This document shows, piece by piece, positions 1-12,367 of a DNA stretch of 64,000 nucleotides. Each line of letters starts with the position of its first letter. Positions within the stretch are counted from its first letter, which is position 1. The notes under the pieces are model-generated. The model saw only the letters and a program-made list of their open reading frames with translations. It was not told the origin of the DNA and made no database searches. The position numbers and the translations under genes were made by a program. The stretch spans positions 4,774,001 to 4,838,000 of the forward strand of contig OY986950.1 in assembly GCA_963920595.1 (NCBI GenBank), written 5' to 3'. This DNA comes from Eimeria praecox. Taxonomy: Eukaryota.

Positions 1-263
1 AAAGCACTGCTGCCGGGGCCACACATTGATTAGTTGTGTCACATGATTCTTCTCGAAGCCATTAACTGCCTGAAGTGGCACACGATTCTGTTGAGGCTTA
101 AAGGGCACTCGTTAATGCAGAATGTTTAGTGTCTTTTATTCGGTTTAGCGTTCGTGTGTCGTGTTGACCATTCAGTCTTGCTTGAAACCGGTGAGCGTTG
201 ACTACTCATATTTCATTTTGCCGTTAAACACTGACACATTTTGAATGACACTGGGGTGTTCAG

Positions 264-3200
264 GTATCAAATAACGGATGACGCGAAGCTGCGGCCATTT
301 GCCTTGCGGTGGGAAAGGAAGCTGCAGCAACTGCTGCAGGAAGAGAGGCTTCCCGGAGCAAAGATGGGACTTAAAACAGAGAGAAGCCTTTGTAAGACGA
401 AGCCGTTACTCCATGACTGCACCCCTTAACCCCAAACCCTAAGCACCCACAAGCGTAGGCTCTCAACTACCCTTTGATATCGGCGGCTACGGTTCAAGGT
501 TCAGAGATGAGATTGGAAAGGCCAGGAGCTCAGCTGATGAACTGCACTTCAGCCTCTAGGGCTTAGCGTTTAGAGACGAGGTCTCCAAGTGTTTGTGACG
601 TGCTGCAGCGGACGAATTGGCAGCGAGTTCTTCAGCGGGTCCTGGAGGTGAAGTGTTGTTGATAGCTGCGGCAGGTTCACTGATTGGAGTATATGTGTGG
701 GTTGTGAACTTTTCCCGTTCTCACTTGCGTTCGAAGGCCATCGTTGCCTTGACAGGGGCAGGAGCTGCCCTTTTGGGGTACCTTGGGGGGGCAGGTGTGT
801 GTTTTATGTCGGGTGTTGTTAGCACAGGGACGGCTGCTGCTGCGCCGCTGCTGGTTGTTGGCATAGGAGTAGACGATACCCTTGTGCTGTTACAGTCGTA
901 CAGCCTTACGGTGCATAAACGCTCCGCAGCCGACCGCCTGCAGTTGACACTCCGTGACAGTGGCGTGGGTATCACTATAACGACCTTGACGAATCTGATG
1001 ACCTTTGGCATCGGCGCCTTCAGTCCCTATCTCGCAATCCAAAGCTTCTGCCTCCTTTGCCTCTCCGGCCTATTCTTGGGCTACATCATGTGCCTCACCT
1101 TCTTCCTCGGTTTCCTCGCCCTCGACGCTAAGGCAGAAGCAGCTGGGCAGGTCATGGCTATCTTTAGGTGGTGCCCCATGAAGATCATGAAGGACTCCTC
1201 GCCTACAAAGACGCAGACCCAACAGCAAAACCAGCAGGGAGGGCAGCAGAAACGACAAATGCGTACTCTCAAAGGCTTGCCCATGCTCCAGTATGTCGAT
1301 AAGACTCGCTTACCTGGTGCCGACGCCTCGGTACTCTCTGCCTGCGCCAGCGATATATTTCAGTGCATTACCATGCAGGTGGAAGCGGCTCTGCAGCAAC
1401 AGCAGCAACAGCGGCTGATCGAAGCAGAGACCCGCCGCATGCGAAAGCAGCAGACCTCCAAGAAGAAGAAGCAGCAGAAAAAAGCCCCTGCAAAACGCAG
1501 GAAGAATGCGAAAGCAGCCCTCACTAGCACTAGCTCGGGGGCAGAGGACAAAAAGCTGGACGACGCATCCAGTGACTCAGAAAATTGTAAGAGAAAGACA
1601 AGACAGCGAAAGCAGCCAGCGAGGAAGGTAAATGCCAGAAAGAAGAAACCCGTGGAGGCTAGCAACAGCAGCAAAAAGAACAGCAGCAAGAGCAGCAAAA
1701 GAAGCAGCCAGAGTGGGAGCTTTAGGAGCAGCCGCAGCAGCGCCAAAAAACAGCAACAACAACAACGACAGCGCCGCGCGAAGGCCCTCAGGCCGGCTCT
1801 CAAAGGGCGCCGCCAGCAGCAGCAGCAGGAGCAGCAGCAAGAGCAGCAGCAAGAGCAGCCGAAGGAAGGCGAAACTCCTGGCCTTCAGGTGGGATCCCAG
1901 GCTCCCCTAGAGGCAAACAGCAAACTACCAGCTGCGACGGCAGCAGCAGCAGCAGCAGCAACAGGTGTACTAGGTTCAGGCGCCAACGTGAACAAAGGTG
2001 AATCGCAAGCAGGAGGTGTTTCGGTGAGGCCGGCAAGGCCACGAAGGACAACAGTACACTTCTACAGAAAAACCTCTACTGCCCCTTGCACAGCAAGCGC
2101 TCTGAAGCTGCAGCAGCTGCAGGAGCAGCAGCAGCAAGAAAGCGAATGGCGAGACCAGGTTGTGGTGAACTTGTGCGCTGGTTCTGGCTCGGCAGTAGTG
2201 GCGGCAGCAGCAGAGGCAGCAGAGGCTGCTTTTAATACCACAGGCCGCAGCTGGTCTGGGGAGCGAATTGCTCGTCTGCAGCTATTGCAGCGGCTCGGGA
2301 GCGACGGCTTAGCTGAGCCCCAGGGCAACGTGGGCAGAGGGCTGAGGAAGGTGCTTGTTCGCTTCGGCGCCCGCTTGCTCATGAACCCTTTCTTCAAGCT
2401 TATGCTTTTAATAATATTCACTGCTGTGTCCGTAACTGCTGTAATCGGATGCTTCAAAATTCAAACGGGATTAGACCCCAGGAGTCTCACCAAAGACGGC
2501 ACGATGCTAAAGGTGACACGACTGCACACACAACGACGCCATTACTCTCGCTCTTCGCTAATTCCGCTTATGCGCATGCACGCGTAAAAATGGGAAGTGT
2601 TTTGGGCGGCGGTGTCTAAGCAGTAAACCAATCCATGGAGTTGCTAGCAACCGCATTTTCGCGACACATCTAAAGGGTTCAAATTGAACCGGAATCTCCA
2701 TTTACGTGAACGTATATCGTGTCATTGTGTATTCACATTCACAAATGCGCCTGATTTGGTTTGTATGTGCCTACGTGTGCGTTCGGTGTCCCTGGATCGT
2801 TTGTGTTGGAAATGGCTTGTGCTTGTTTTCTGTTGCTTGCATTTGTTCACCTCTATTTGCGTTGTTGTGCCTGTGTTTGGCTTTGGCTTACCTCATATTC
2901 GCCTTAATTTCTCTTCTTTGCTGTGGTTTCTAGAGCTTCTTTGACATGCAAGAGGAATTCTTCGGCACTTACGGGGACCCGGTGATGGTGTTTTTCAGAC
3001 ATCCAGAAAACGTTTGCTCAGCGGCGTTTCGCGTGAGAGACTGCATGTGAACTATAGCTACATCCCCTTTACCTGCCGCATCTTGTTGCCTCATGCGACT
3101 TCCGGAGAAGACGCAGAGACAAGGCAGCTTGGGAAGGGGTTTCTGCTGGTTTCATGTGGAGGAAGAATTTATTCGTGAAAAAGGTGTGCATCATCCAGAT

Positions 3201-4054
3201 GCTTTGTGTCGCTGTCTGCCCAACGTAAAACGCAGGTGGAGTATCAGAAGCTTCATGAACGATTGAAGCAACAGAGTTACACTATGGAGCTTCACGACGG
3301 TCTTTTCTTGTTTCTTCAGTCGCCCCTAGCTCGCAATGTGCCCGAACAGAACGCCACGGCATGCATGCAAATGTCAGCTGAGTTCGGTTTCTCACTTTCC
3401 TTCGCTGACAAGCAAATGATTTCTTTGCAGCATTAACCTGGCAATACAATGGTAGATATTTGCATGGAGATAATTCTGGGACTCGGACGAGTTCGCCCCC
3501 AAAGGTGCTCTTCTCCTTTCGGGCGTTCTCCTCTGCATGCTCATTGTAGTTATCCTTGATTCTGCAACCTCTTCGGACTAATGCAGCACATTTCAGTTAC
3601 CCGTTTGTTAGCTATCCCGTCGGCTTGGTGATGAACAGCCTTGTACCGCGTTGCTTGTCTTGTGGTGCGCTGCTTGTTTGTGCTGTCAGGTTGTATGCCT
3701 GGCTTCAAACCCCCTTCGGCTCCAGTTTCACCGCATTTTTCTCGTGGAGCAGCGGCTTCAGACTGCGAGCCTGGGCTTTGGTGCTGGTGCCCAGGTACTT
3801 CTCCAGTACCCAAGAAAGCAGCGACTTCATGCACAAGCTCAGGTAACCTAAGCCCTAGACCAGTGGATGCTACACCGTAAACTCCATGCTATTACTGCTC
3901 TTGGTCTTAATTAACCCTGCAAGTTTGCAAAAGGCATATCTGAAGAGCCCTTCCTGAGTCAAGTATTGCATATCTGAACCCCTCAGGATAATTGCCGCTG
4001 CAGAACAGGAAGGAGCCTGAAACGCCCACCCCATTTTAGCGATAGAAGTGTACT

Positions 4055-4104
<50 letters not shown>

Positions 4105-5777
4105 TGCGTGGCGGACTTCTTCTTGTTGCACCTTCTGATTCCTAGGGCGGACTTGGCGCTGTTTCCCCTCCTAAAAGGAGCAGCTTACAACCGAAACTTC
4201 GTTTACTTCGAAAGCGATGATGCAATTATACCGCAGACCGTCAGCAGTTTGGCTAGCGCAGGCTGCGCTGTGATTGTTGTGAGCTTTTGAAGTCAGATGA
4301 GGCCTTACACAGCCAGATCCCCACAATAGTCTTTCATAGGCGGCCTTCGCATACAGTGCAGAGCAGTTGTTGCGGTTAGAGTGCTAAGATGAGGACAATT
4401 AAATGCCTCTCTAGAAATCGTATAATCACTCAGGTGCATTGCGCTCTCTTATGCCTTGCGGTGGCATTGCAGGTTTCCCTTTTCCTGCTGCCGTCCCTGC
4501 GGGGAGCTTTGATTGTAGTGGCGATACTGTTTGTAATTGACGTTGTTATATTGGGATTTATGGCGCTCTGGGGTCTGCCCCTAAACTTGCTCACAATGGT
4601 GAACCTCACGATATCAATCGGTGGGCTAATAAGCCGTTGATTAATGCATGCTGAAAGCAAGAAGTGAAAACGTTTTAAGCGCGCTGCCTAATAAGTTTCG
4701 AAACTCTTTTGAGGCATGCAGTTCAGGGCCATTCAAGAGGCCTTCGAATGTTTTGACAAGGAAATTTGCACCAATTTCAGGGTGCGCTTGACGTACATGT
4801 AAACGTACTTACTTCTAACAACCTTCGAATACATTTAGAGAACATACATGCGAAAATAGCTAGAGTGCATTCAGTTACATTTGAATTGACAGGTTAGAGC
4901 GTAATGACGTGCATCTAAATGCACAGAGACCTGCCGCCGCCAGCGCACTCCACTGGGCCTCATATGATGAAAAATGCTTGTGCAGTTTGTGCTCGTGTGT
5001 CGGGATATTTTTGAGGGATATTCGAAATGAAAGTAAAGCTGTCTGCAAATTTAGATTCTGAAGAAACCCTTCTTCTTTTCGATTTCGATTATGCTTACTT
5101 TTGCGTCTGCAGGCATGCTTGTGTTTAGGTTAATGTATGCGGTCATTCGTGTCTGTCGTGCCTGCGCATGTTCGTGCTCCAGCTTGCCAATGAGGTCTCG
5201 GCTGATTTGTCTGGTTGTGCTTGCAGGGTTTTCTGTGGACTATGCGACCCATACGACCCACGCATTCTGCCACTGCATGGGCCAAAAGAGAGGCCTGCGG
5301 GCATTTGAAGCAGTGTTGCTTGTGGGCGGTCCTTTGTTGCATGGGGCCATGTCTACTCAGCTAGCGGTTATTCCTCTGGCTTTCGTTGACAGTCCAGTGC
5401 TTTCTGTGTTCTTCAAAATGACAACATTGGTGATAATTGTGGGAGTTACGCATGGGCTTATGCTGCTCCCCGTGCTGCTTTCCCTCATTGGCCCCATGCA
5501 GCAGTCACAACAGAAGATGGTACAGCAGCTCCTGGCGCTACAGCAGCAATATGATCAGCTAGAGGAGCAGATAGTTGCATGCGGGGGAAGCAGAGAAAAC
5601 CCCAAGCTCAGAAAGCAGAGAAAAGCCCTACGCCGCCTTATAGAGCAGCAGGAACAGCCACCGGAGACTGCAAAAGATGCCTGTGTTGAGTTTGCAATGG
5701 CGCTTTGCCCTAATCATCCCAAAAACGTATTCTTAAGAAATGAAAAAGTCCGCAAATGGGTGCAACAACCCCACTAG
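264..5777 (+). CDS. Patched/NPC1-family sterol-sensing-domain membrane protein (NCR1-like), 5'-partial, multi-exon
   Basis: Exons join in frame at GT-AG sites: 264-391, 609-2512, 2934-3032, 3236-3372, 3690-3842, 4146-4278, 4473-4620, 5227-5777. The spliced protein shows 'WE...ERSLSDEL', the SSD motif 'VVGIGVDD', 'GITITTLTN...GAFSPYLAIQSFC' and a second TM bundle with 'SIGFSVDYATH...HGLMLLPVLL'. Confidence 0.9.
4062..4101. repeat. (TG)n microsatellite in an intron of the Patched-family gene
   Basis: About 20 uninterrupted TG units, directly visible. Confidence 0.95.
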
Positions 5778-6366
5778 CTTGGTCGTGTGCCCCTTCCAGG
5801 AGAAAGGAAAGAGGCGAAGCACAACCGCCGTGGTCGGCATAAAAACTTGAATATTAGCGAGAAGAACAATTAGCCTGCTACGTCTTAGGACAGGCCTGGG
5901 AAGAGAAAAATTCTCCTTTTTAGTTGTGCCTCTTCCCTTTTGTTCAGGAATGAGCAGGACGAAATGCTAAGTGGGGAATCGTTCCTTTTGTTGCTGTTTA
6001 CATGAGCGTGCATTCGAGAAGAAAGCCTTACCTATATCTGTTCCCCTATAAACACCTGTTACAATGAGGTTTTGCACCCAACACACCATCAATTAAACAC
6101 ATACAACAACCCTAACACCAAGACCTCCCTCCCCCCACAATTCAGGGGGCGCAACATTAGTCTTTTGGGTTCAGCGTTTGCTGTTTGGGTGTCAACTTGA
6201 AAGGTTTCAATACGATGGTTTCTCCTTTTCCTCTCCTTAACGTTTCTTCTCCTTGAAGGCTGCAGACAATTGGGGGAGGCTGCAGAGGGCTGGACGTCTT
6301 TCTGTCCCTTGCGCTCGCTGCGAAGAAGTCAGCACAGCCGAAATAGGCAGTTGCCTTTTATTTTCT

Positions 6367-9300
6367 CTATCCGCAGCCTTTACAAAACCCCCAGAAATAG
6401 TGCGTAGGCCTGCTTGTACGCATGCTCCTCCTCTTATCTCTAAATAAACACGAGATGCAAGTACCTTGGCATTTGGAAAAATGCATCTGTAAGTGTTTGT
6501 AAAAGGGGTGCGCACCCGAAAGCCTGGAGTTGGAGCTGTGTGCTGTTTCCCTCCGTAGTTGATCCGTATGCTTCAAAGTTGCAGCGGCAGCAGCTTCGAG
6601 AGTTGTTGCGGCAGCTCGTTTGGCGATTCCAGATGTGCCAGGCACTAGGTGTGCAGCAGACGCAGCTGCAGCAGCTGTCGCCAGTATGTCGTGTTGCTGC
6701 TGCAACAGCGAATGCTTCTGCTGCTGCTGCAAGGCCTTTGCTAGCAGCTCAAAAGGCCCCTTTTCCTTACAGGGCGGCGAAACAGCTTCAATTCCTGCGT
6801 CTACGAGCAGCTGGCATATTCGTGCATATCCCAAAGACGCCGCTACACGGAGTGCTTTTTCTGCTGCTTTTCGCTCATAAACTGCCTGATAAACAAACAG
6901 AATAACGCGCAAAGAATTTCCCAGGATTCTAGTTTTAGTAGTCCGCGCTGTTCGAAGGTGCTTTCCAACTGCAGCAAAAGGCGGTTTCATCACAGCAGAT
7001 CCTTTGCCTCAGGCGCACAAGTTGTAGCACTAGACTGACGACCCCCGTAAAGTTGCGCAACACAGCTTGTTGCAGAACTCTGCTAGCAATGACGGAAAAG
7101 AGATCCCTCAAGTGCGCCTCAGAGGCTTCATGTATGTGAGGGTTTTGGGCTTTCCCCTCCGGCGGTGCTCGGTGACGCTCAGGCTGGTGCAGGCAAATAT
7201 GCGACAACTCCTGGACAGAACAAGCAAGCAGGTACCTGCCAAACGAACTCATTAGCCTTTGCGGGTAGCGATAAAGACAGCTACATGGGTCTTCAACAAT
7301 ATAAAAGCTACTACTAGGCGGAATTCAGGGGTGATTATCAGTTTCGTCTCTACTGTTGCAGGGCTGCTCAAAAGTTCCACATCCACCGCATCTGCTATCC
7401 TCTTTTTCAGATGCAAGCATACTTAGCAAGCCCAACTGTGCTTCTTCCTGTTTAGGTCGCTATAAGTTCAGATGGCTAGCTGGATATGCCTCTATCGGAC
7501 TATGCGTGCACTTGGTGAGATACTTGTACTTGTAGCTCGTTCAAGGCTAAGTGGCAGTTACCTCTACGACTCTGATAGCAAGCGACTCATCTGCATCTGC
7601 CAAGAGTCTTTCCAGGCCGCATGCCTCTGCTGCGATTTCCGCTGGGGCTTCAGCAGCCGCGAAGCCGATGATTGCTGCGCATATAGCTCTTCTTTTCTTT
7701 ACCGTGCCCCTAGCGCAGGTGTACAAACAGGCCTGGTTTGTTTTGCAAGTTCAACCTTCTATTATGACCACGATTCCGGAACTCCGTATCCAAGTACGTA
7801 AACCGGGAACTCTAATCCCTAGGTGTTAGACTCTAAACCTAGCGCTCGAATAGTGCAATGAAACTCGTTTAGGGTGAACTGTACACGTACAGAGGCGTTG
7901 GGTTCCTTGCACTGCATTCTGTGCACGCTGCACGTGCTGAAAGAACCACTGCTAAAGCTGCAGGCGTCCATCTGCCTCCCTTTGCTCCCTCTCCTGTTCC
8001 CCCAATTAAAACAGTTGACGGCGCGCGCACCTTGCCCGCTTGACGACGAGCCTCTGGGGAGAAATCGGAGAGAGCACAACACTAGCGAATCTAACACAGA
8101 AGCGAAAAGTAAGCACACCTCGAGGAAATCCGTTGGAAGCAGATGGTGCTGTAAAATACGCGAGTATAACAATGGTGTGATATCAGAAGTGAGCATGGTC
8201 ATGTACAAAGGAAAGGGTTACAGCCATTGGATGCGTATAGGAGAAGAATATTACTATCAAGAATGCATGCTGCTGCAGCTCACAGCTTAAAGCCGAGCAC
8301 TAATAGATTCAATACGCAAACAAATAATAGAAGGCTACACACCTTCAAACATGTCGAGAACTTCAGGTGGAGGTTTCCCGTAGCCCCCTGCAGATCGTAG
8401 CATGTATTGCTCTTCCCAAAATCCTTATGGAAGCAGCAAAAGGAGGTAGTTTGCACGGGTAAACAACTACAGGCAAGTCTAGCGTCGAAAACGAATTGAA
8501 TTGAGGTACCATTGCTTCCAACGATTAATGGGCACGCGTGCATCTGTAATTGTGTTTTGGCAGTCTTGTCAGTACGTCTCTGTGCACTATAATTGCTGCC
8601 TCAAAGCGTAGCTTCCCCTGGCTTTCAATTAAGTGATAGCCTGAGAGTTTAGACCCTAGACTTCAAGGTTTGGGGATTATCGCTAGGCGTGTAGAGTCGC
8701 CCTCAGACACTTGTGTGGGCAGGCTTCCAGCATGTGCAAGCGGAAATGTTAATGGCTTTCCTGTGATAATTGTCTGCAGAGCTGCAGCATCTCGTTCGCT
8801 GAAGACTTGTCGTTTGGTTGGCCTGGGGTCTCTGGCGGTTCCCTTTTGAAAATCGCCAGTTCCGTATCGTTCAACGTGGTCTTTGAATAGTTGCAAAAGA
8901 GATACAACGAACTCGGGGCTTCCCTGTGCAGCGTAGAGACCTCTTGGCAAGCAAATCCGTTCAGAAGGAACTACTAATCAACTTTGTCACCCTCTCAAAC
9001 AGCAGGGATGCGTGACAGAATACCCTTACGAGCCCGTTGCTTCAAATGTAGCTGTTGCTCTATTCTACCGAGACGAAGGCAAACAACATGTGTCGTTCAG
9101 CGTAGGCTACTAAGCGAACACATCATGCACCATTCAACTTCGCCACGGAACAGAGAACCACCTCGCACATGACTGGATTAGGAAGCACAAGGAAGTAGGG
9201 GAAGAAACTCTTCTTCCCTCGAGAGCTTTGGCAACGCACACAAGTGGGCCTTGAACCGATGGCATATGCAACACAACGAATGCATGGATCATGCGACACT

Positions 9301-12300
9301 TGCTAGAGCCACAAAAATTGCAAACGTTATGCAGTGTTTGCTCACTCCGAGCACGGCTATGTGGAGAGCGGTGACCAGGTCTTCTTGTTCCTCGGCATCT
9401 TCATCTTCACACCCCAGGCCTGAACCATTCATCAAACAAGCAACTCCATCGATTTCCTATTTGCGTTGCTGTCTCCGCTTAGCAACAATCGAAAGTCTCT
9501 CATGCAGCCTCCGTATGCCTTAACGAGAAGCTGCTCTAGACAGGGCTATGGTGTGCCGAGAGGTAGAAGCAAGTCTTGAATGAACTCTTTTTGCAGGACC
9601 CGCACACATATGTAGAGGTGCACGCATGCATGCTGCATGCATGCTTGCATGCACGCGCGCGTAGATTTGTCAGCAGTAGGGAGGAGCCCAAGCATTCTAG
9701 CAAGTTCACAGGTAGCACAAGCTCACAAACTGTGCGCAAGCCAGCAAAGCGAACGGTTTTGAGGGGATTCGCGCCGCAGTCCAGCAGAACCTTTACAGTT
9801 TCCAAGTCCTGAGAGGAAGCATGAAGCAATTTCTCATGAATGGTGAAATGAGGCAGGTTCTTCAATAATGCATTAACAGAATTCTGTGTCAAAGCGTTCG
9901 GCCGCAGAATTTCCAGCATGCGAAGTCCGAGTGCCTCTCCGCGCCCCGCAAAATTTCTTCTTTGGATTACGGCTACCTGACAGGCCTCTCTTCGGCCTGT
10001 GTGAGCCTCGCAAGACTGAAGAACCTGCCCACGTGGGATTTGGGCAGAGGCTGGGTGCAGCATCAGCTTGTGCACGTCTTGCCTGTCTGGAGCAGGCGAT
10101 GATGAGAGGCGTTCGTTGAAGAGGAGAGCCCTCGTCTTTCATGTTTACAAGCTTTCCAGCTGACCATCGGCATATATCCCCAACCAGCTTCGCAGAACCG
10201 CTGGTAACCGCGAAGTGCAGAGGACTCCACCGTAGCTCTTGTGTCAGCGCATCGATGCGGCTCCCGACATGAAGCAACAAACGAGTCAGAGATCGGTGAG
10301 CCCTGACAAACAAGCAAACGAAGGCGCAACACCCAGGCTACTCCTAGGTCCCTTTCAAAAGGATCTATGATACCCAGCAATCCAGCAAGCCTCGGCGCAA
10401 AACGCTCTGCTCATGCTCTGCAGAAACCAACAACAAGCAGAGAGCCCCAAACTTCGCAGGAAAAACTTGAATCTTCACCATTTTACCCCTACCCAAAGCA
10501 GCTCAAGTGTATCGGCAAAAGGCCGGAATCCCTCCCGCAAACGGGAATGAGGCTGTCTTCCTGGGGCTGCTTCTGCAGTTGCTCTTGTAGTTGCTGCAGC
10601 AGCTCAGGCTGCGCTTTAGATTGGCTCTGCTCTGAAGGCTTGCTGGTCTCTAGACGCAGCATGCCGCACACAGCACCAGTCGCCGCAGCCTCCAGGAGAG
10701 GAGACGATGCATGAAAAACTCCAGTCATTACGGATGAGTCTGCCCCTGCTTGCAGCAGATGCCGGGCCATCCGCAGCTTCCCCCGAAGGCAGGCGATGTG
10801 CTGCACCAACACAGAACCAGCTCTGTCAAATTCTATCATTAATTTTGTTTGCATTCCTACACTCTAGTATAGCCTCATGTGCGCAAGTCTTCACAGGGTT
10901 GCGTATATGCAGACAAAAGCATGCATGCAGGCATATTTTTGAGTCCATATCCATGAGCATCTATACTTATATTTAAATGCTTCTAGCAGCCTATATGTTC
11001 ACATAATCAGATGAACCCATGAAAGTGCTTACGAGGGGTGTCCACCCCTCGAGGCCCTGCCTCTTCGCCTTGGCATCGACTTGCTGACGCAAAGCAGCAG
11101 CTTTGAGTGCCGCTTCCGTTGCTTTGCTGCCGCCGCAGCATTCGGCGAGGAGGTGCAGCAGGCTGCTGCCAGCAGCTGCAGCAGCAGCCTCCTCAGGGCA
11201 CATGTCTAACAGCAGCAGAAGCACTCTCTCCCGCCCTGCGGCAGCGGCGCACTGTTCACACAGATCACCTAGCGGGCCCCTCACAGGCATCCACAGGCCG
11301 CCTTCCCCTTAACATCAAACAACAGGCTCCTCACATGCATGTCCTATTTTCGATGTAGCTGCTGGTGATGCTGCATCTGTAGGACGTGCTTCGCGTGTGC
11401 GTTATCCCCTGCTCTATGAAAGAATCTGTCTGCCATGACAGAGCTTTTCCTTGGGAGCACCGCTACAACGAGAACCCAACGTCAACTGCCTTTGCAAATG
11501 CAGTTGCGAGGCTTCTACTTTCCTACTGGAAAAACTCTTTCTCGAAACAACCACGGGGTGAGAACGTCTCAATGGTTAGAACTTTCAACCGCTTATGGCG
11601 TGACTGAGGAGACTGCCATGATGATGGAGTTGTGTATAAAGTACAAGCATGCATGCATTGTGTGCATCTTAGCAGTTAAAATATACATATACAGAGAGAG
11701 ACAGATCTGTACATATATTATGCGCTTTCCAACGAGGCTTGGTTGCTGCTTGGCTCACATGAAACGCTGTCCAGCCATCGAGTTCCGAGAACTCCGCAGC
11801 TGTAGAACCATGTTGAATGAGCTGTTCGATGATATCTGTTGAGGCAACAGCTGCTGCCAGTCTGCAGCAGCAAACAGCAAGCAACGGCGACAGCAGCCAA
11901 TCGAAAGCAGTAGCAAACAACCGGTCTGAAGTAGCAGCGGTCTGCTGAAGGCAGCAGCAACTGGCGCTTGACGACTAAAAGAACAGACAACGCAGAGCTT
12001 TCGTTGCGCTCGTACATCGCGGGTAGCAGCTGTTTTTTTGCTGTACAAGCTGTAAAGGGAAAATTCATGCCATGCTGTTGCCTTGCCTCAAAGGTGTTCT
12101 TAGCTCGGGTCCTTTTGCCTCCGCTATGAAGAAACTGGAGGCGACGCCAACGGAATCCAGCAGCCGCTTTACGGTGGCGCTATCACGTCTCTGAATTGCT
12201 AGCATCAGATGGGCGCCTTCAGCCGACAGAGGAGGCACCCCGTCGTTCGGTTCTGCTGCTGAGGAGCAGGTGCCAGAAGCTAGCACAGACTTTATCGCTG

Positions 12301-12367
12301 CAGCTGCTGCTGCGGCTGCGGCCGCTGCTGTGGCCGCTGCTGTTGCGGTTCGTCCGGAGGCCAGCAT
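6367..12367 (-). CDS. Multi-exon ankyrin-repeat protein
   Basis: Exons 12367-12087, 11861-11759, 11251-11033, 10800-10493, 10302-10083, 9808-9755, 9456-9346 and 8923 onward join into ankyrin repeats: RTPLRLAAA, GWTAFHCAAAAG, GWTPLHIACLRG, WSPLHFAVTSG, RTPLIIACSRQDLETVKVLLDCGANP, VTALHIAVLGG. Exons between 8.7 and 6.4 kb, including 'ALRVAASLGYARICQLLVDAG', and the stop codon are less certain. Confidence 0.8.
9624..9653. promoter_or_regulatory. Cluster of TGCATGCA palindromic octamers (coccidian motif); further copies at 3362, 10922, 11650, 15868, 18205, 18722, 20232, 22447, 26222, 26249
   Basis: Octamers are directly visible. TGCATGCA is a known over-represented non-coding motif in Eimeria/Toxoplasma and matches an ApiAP2-type binding site. 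Its function at these positions is not shown. Confidence 0.55.
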
